In this document: piece after piece, positions 60,980 to 64,000 of the stretch
How the letters are laid out: every line of letters begins with the position of its first letter
How positions within the stretch are numbered: position 1 is the stretch's first letter
Assembly (NCBI GenBank): GCA_964187785.1
Contig: OZ076409.1
Coordinates: 28,026,001 to 28,090,000, forward strand
DNA from: Amphiscolops sp. MND2022
Lineage: Eukaryota
Direction of reading: 5' to 3'
Length of the DNA stretch: 64,000 nt
Position numbers and translations under genes: made by a program
Notes under the pieces: generated by a model
Told to the model about the DNA's origin: nothing
What the model saw: only the letters and a program-made list of their open reading frames with translations
Databases searched by the model: none

Positions 60980-61700
60980 GGTTAACCCCAAAATGACCCC
61001 AAAATTTTTCCGATTTTTATCGTTATGCAATTTTTGTCAAATTTTCGATGGATTTCTTGGCTCAGGATGTTGAAAACAATCAGAATGGTTTTTATCCAAG
61101 AGGTTTTTCGAAGAAATAAATGCAAATTTTCAATTTTGAAATGCCTCAAATTGAGACCGAATTTTGAGAAAAAAATCCAAAAGATCTGATTTTTAACGTT
61201 TTTATGCAATTTTTGTCAAATTTTGATACACTTGCAAGCTTAGAAAGTTAAAAACGATGAACAAGGAAAACACTTGTTGTCCAAGAGACTTCTTTGAAGA
61301 GATAACTGCATCAAAAAATGCCTCAAATTCAGACCGAGATTCCAAGAAAAATCAGATTTTTAAAGTTTCCATGCAATTTTTGTCTGTTTTTGGAAAGACT
61401 TGGTGGCTTCGAATGTTGAAGACGTTTAACAAGGAAAGAATTCGCTGTCCGAGAGGCTTTTGTCAGAAACTAAACGCAGCTTTCCAATGAAAAAAGGCTC
61501 AAATTGAGACCAAAAGTTTCAAAAATTTCGAAATAAACTGATTTTTCACGTTTTTTGCGACTTTTGTCACATTTTCAAGACTTTTTTGGATCAGATTGTT
61601 GAAAATTTGTTGTTTAATAGGGTTGTTCGATAAAATAAAAGCAGTTTTCTAAGAATCTATGACAACAAAATAGTCAATTTTGTTTTACAGTTTTTGATTC
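60980..61700. repeat. Diverged ~175-180-bp tandem repeat array
   Basis: ATGCAATTTTTGTC and CTCAAATT(G/C)AGACC motifs recur at that spacing; weaker similar sequence at about 63100-63600. Confidence 0.6.
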
Positions 61701-61713
61701 TCCAACGCAGTTT

Positions 61714-62780
61714 TTAGTCGGCGCCTTTTCCCTTAAGGAAAAAAGCCCGACTCTTACAGTGAGTAGTTTTTAGTCGGCGCCTTTTCCCTTAAGGAAAAAA
61801 GCCCGACTCTTACAGTGAGTAGTTTTTTTTGTTTTTTTCAGTTGACAATCTCACTCTGAGTGGTCCACTTTTCTTACAATCTTTGTTCACATTTGTTCAC
61901 ATTTGTTCAACTAATTTTCTGAGAAGCAGGGGATCGTGGGTTCGATTCTCGCACTAAACCACAAATTTTTTATGCTTCCAAAAGTAGATGCGAGACCAAA
62001 GCTTTGTTTCGTTTCGTTTGATTTTTTTCGTTTTTTTCGGCACTATGCGACTTTTTTTTCGAAAATTTTCGGAATCTATCAATTGCATTTTTTTTGAAGT
62101 TTTCGGTTTGTAAAAACGTTTAATGAGCCTGAATGGCCTCTTTTTGAGTTTTTCGGAATTGTGCGACTTTCTAAAAAAATACTTTTTTTCGAAAAAAAAA
62201 ATTTCAATTTTTTTTTGAAAAAAATAATTTTTCCAAATGTTTCCAATAGTTGTTCCTTGAATATTTTTGAGCCTAAGATATGGCGCCGACTTGGGACGTT
62301 CCCGTCTTGTTTTTTTTTCAGTTGACAATCTCACTCTGAGTGGTCCACTTTTCTTACAATTTTTGTTCATCTTTCATATTTGTTCATCTTCCATCTTCGA
62401 CCCAGCCGGAGAGCGTGGGTTCGATTCTCGCACTAAACCATAAATTTTTTAATGCTTCCAAAAGTACATGTGAGACCAAAGGGTCCCCCCTTTGGGTTTT
62501 TTTCGGCACTATGCGACTTTTTTCGAAAATTTTCGAAATTTATCAAAGGGTACCCCCTTGAATTTTTTTGAAGTTTTCGGTTTGTAGAAAACGTTGAATG
62601 AGCCTGAATGGCCTCTTTTTGAGTTTTTCGGCATTGTGCGACCTAAAAAATACTTTTTTTCGAAAAAAAAATCAAAAAATTTTTTTGAAAAAATTTTTTT
62701 TCCAAATTTTTCCAATAGTTGTTCCTTGAATATTTTTGAGCCTAAGATATGGCGCCGACTTGGGACGTTCCCGTCTTGTT
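61714..62780 (+). mobile_element. HINE family B tandem array (duplicated 5' end, two bodies, two 3' ends); a further copy starts at 63644 and runs off the window
   Basis: TAGTCGGCGCCTTTTCCCTTAAGG twice (about 61716 and 61771); GGCGCCGACTTGGGACGTTCCCGTCTTGTT twice (ending about 62311 and 62780). Confidence 0.8.
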
Positions 62781-64000
62781 CAACGTTTCCGTGAATTAGA
62801 ACTCTGAAACAACAACTGAAATCGTTGTCCAGTAAGCTTTTTGAAGGGATGAATGCCGGTTTCTGTTATATAAATGAGCTTAAATTTGACACAACAATTG
62901 TGGAAAAGTCCAAAAATTAAGAGTTTATGTTGCTTATGTGAGTACAATTTTTGAGCGTTTTTGAGTAGGAAGGTACACAACCAAAGGCGAATGAACCAGG
63001 TATGTAGTGTCCTTTTTCGATGAGGAAATTACGTTGTTTTACAGCAGAAATACTTCAAAACGATAGGAGTGAGTCGGAAAGGAGAAAAATTGAAATTTTA
63101 AACGTTTTTGTGCAAAGTCTGTGAACTTTTCGAAACGTTTCGAATGCAAGAAAACTAAAATGGTTCATCAATAAATGCAATTGATATCCAGTTGGCTTTT
63201 TTGGGAGGTGTTTGCTAATTTGTGCTTGGAAAATGTCTCAGTATGAACCGAAAAAATTATAAAATATCAAAAATTTCCTTTTTGAAAATTTGTGATTGTT
63301 TGAGAAAGTTTTTCTGAACTAGATGGTCCTAACGCTTCAGATGATTTATCAAGCTATGCAGTACGCCTTTCAAAGGAAAACTTTGTAGTTTTCTAGGTTG
63401 AACATTATCTCAGAATGACCCAAGTGAGTCGAAAATCCAATACTTTACCGAAAAACGATTTTTGTTGGAAATTTCGTAAATTTCGTATATTAGAAGAATG
63501 AGAACATTCAATAGCAAGCAAACGCAAGTAGACCTTTTGAAAATCAATTACAGTTTAATGTTCGAAAAGAGCCTCACATTGACCCCAAAATAACTAAGAA
63601 GTCTAAAAGTCGAATATCCTGCTGGTCAGCGGGCGTCTTGTGAGTCGGCGCCTTTTCCCTTAAGGAAAAAAGCCCGACTATTACAGTGAGTAGTTTTTTT
63701 TTCAGTTGACAATCTCACTCTGAGTGGTCCACTTTTTACAATTTGTTCATTTGTTCAACTTCGACCAATTTTCTGAACCCGGAGAGTGTGGGTTCGATTG
63801 TCGCACTAAACCATAAATTTTTTTATGCTTCCAAAAGTACAAGTGAGACCAAAGGGTCCGTCCCCCTTTGGGTTTTTTTCGGCACTATGCGACTTTTTTT
63901 GGAAATTTTCGAATTTTATCAAAGGGTACCCCCTTGCATTTTTTTGAAGTTTTAGGTTTTTAAAAAACGTTTAATGAGCCTAAATGACCTCTTATTGGGT

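Overview
AT-rich, repeat-dense eukaryotic (animal-like) genomic DNA; the species cannot be determined from the window. All gene models were built by hand from splice signals and remembered family motifs; no searches were run. Main host gene: a plus-strand, multi-exon FERM-domain gene of the FRMD4A/B type (11 coding exons, 4137-39338, all intron phases consistent; 3' part not located). Nested on the SAME strand inside its 9.6-kb fourth intron is a 5-exon, 300-aa type II membrane protein (13697-22364) whose ectodomain resembles a very divergent TNF/Eiger-family ligand. Its second exon is also in phase with the upstream FERM exon, so a FERM-N/TM/TNF-like chimera is possible. Mobile elements: an intact Tigger/pogo transposon, an internally deleted FLYWCH-MULE element with a C-terminal RING finger, two CRE-clade and one Vingi-like non-LTR relics, several nested MITEs, and at least four families of Helentron-type (HINE/DINE-1-like) non-autonomous elements, two carrying tRNA-derived segments. 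There are also two near-identical 3.3-3.55 kb tandem duplications and two perfect long hairpins.
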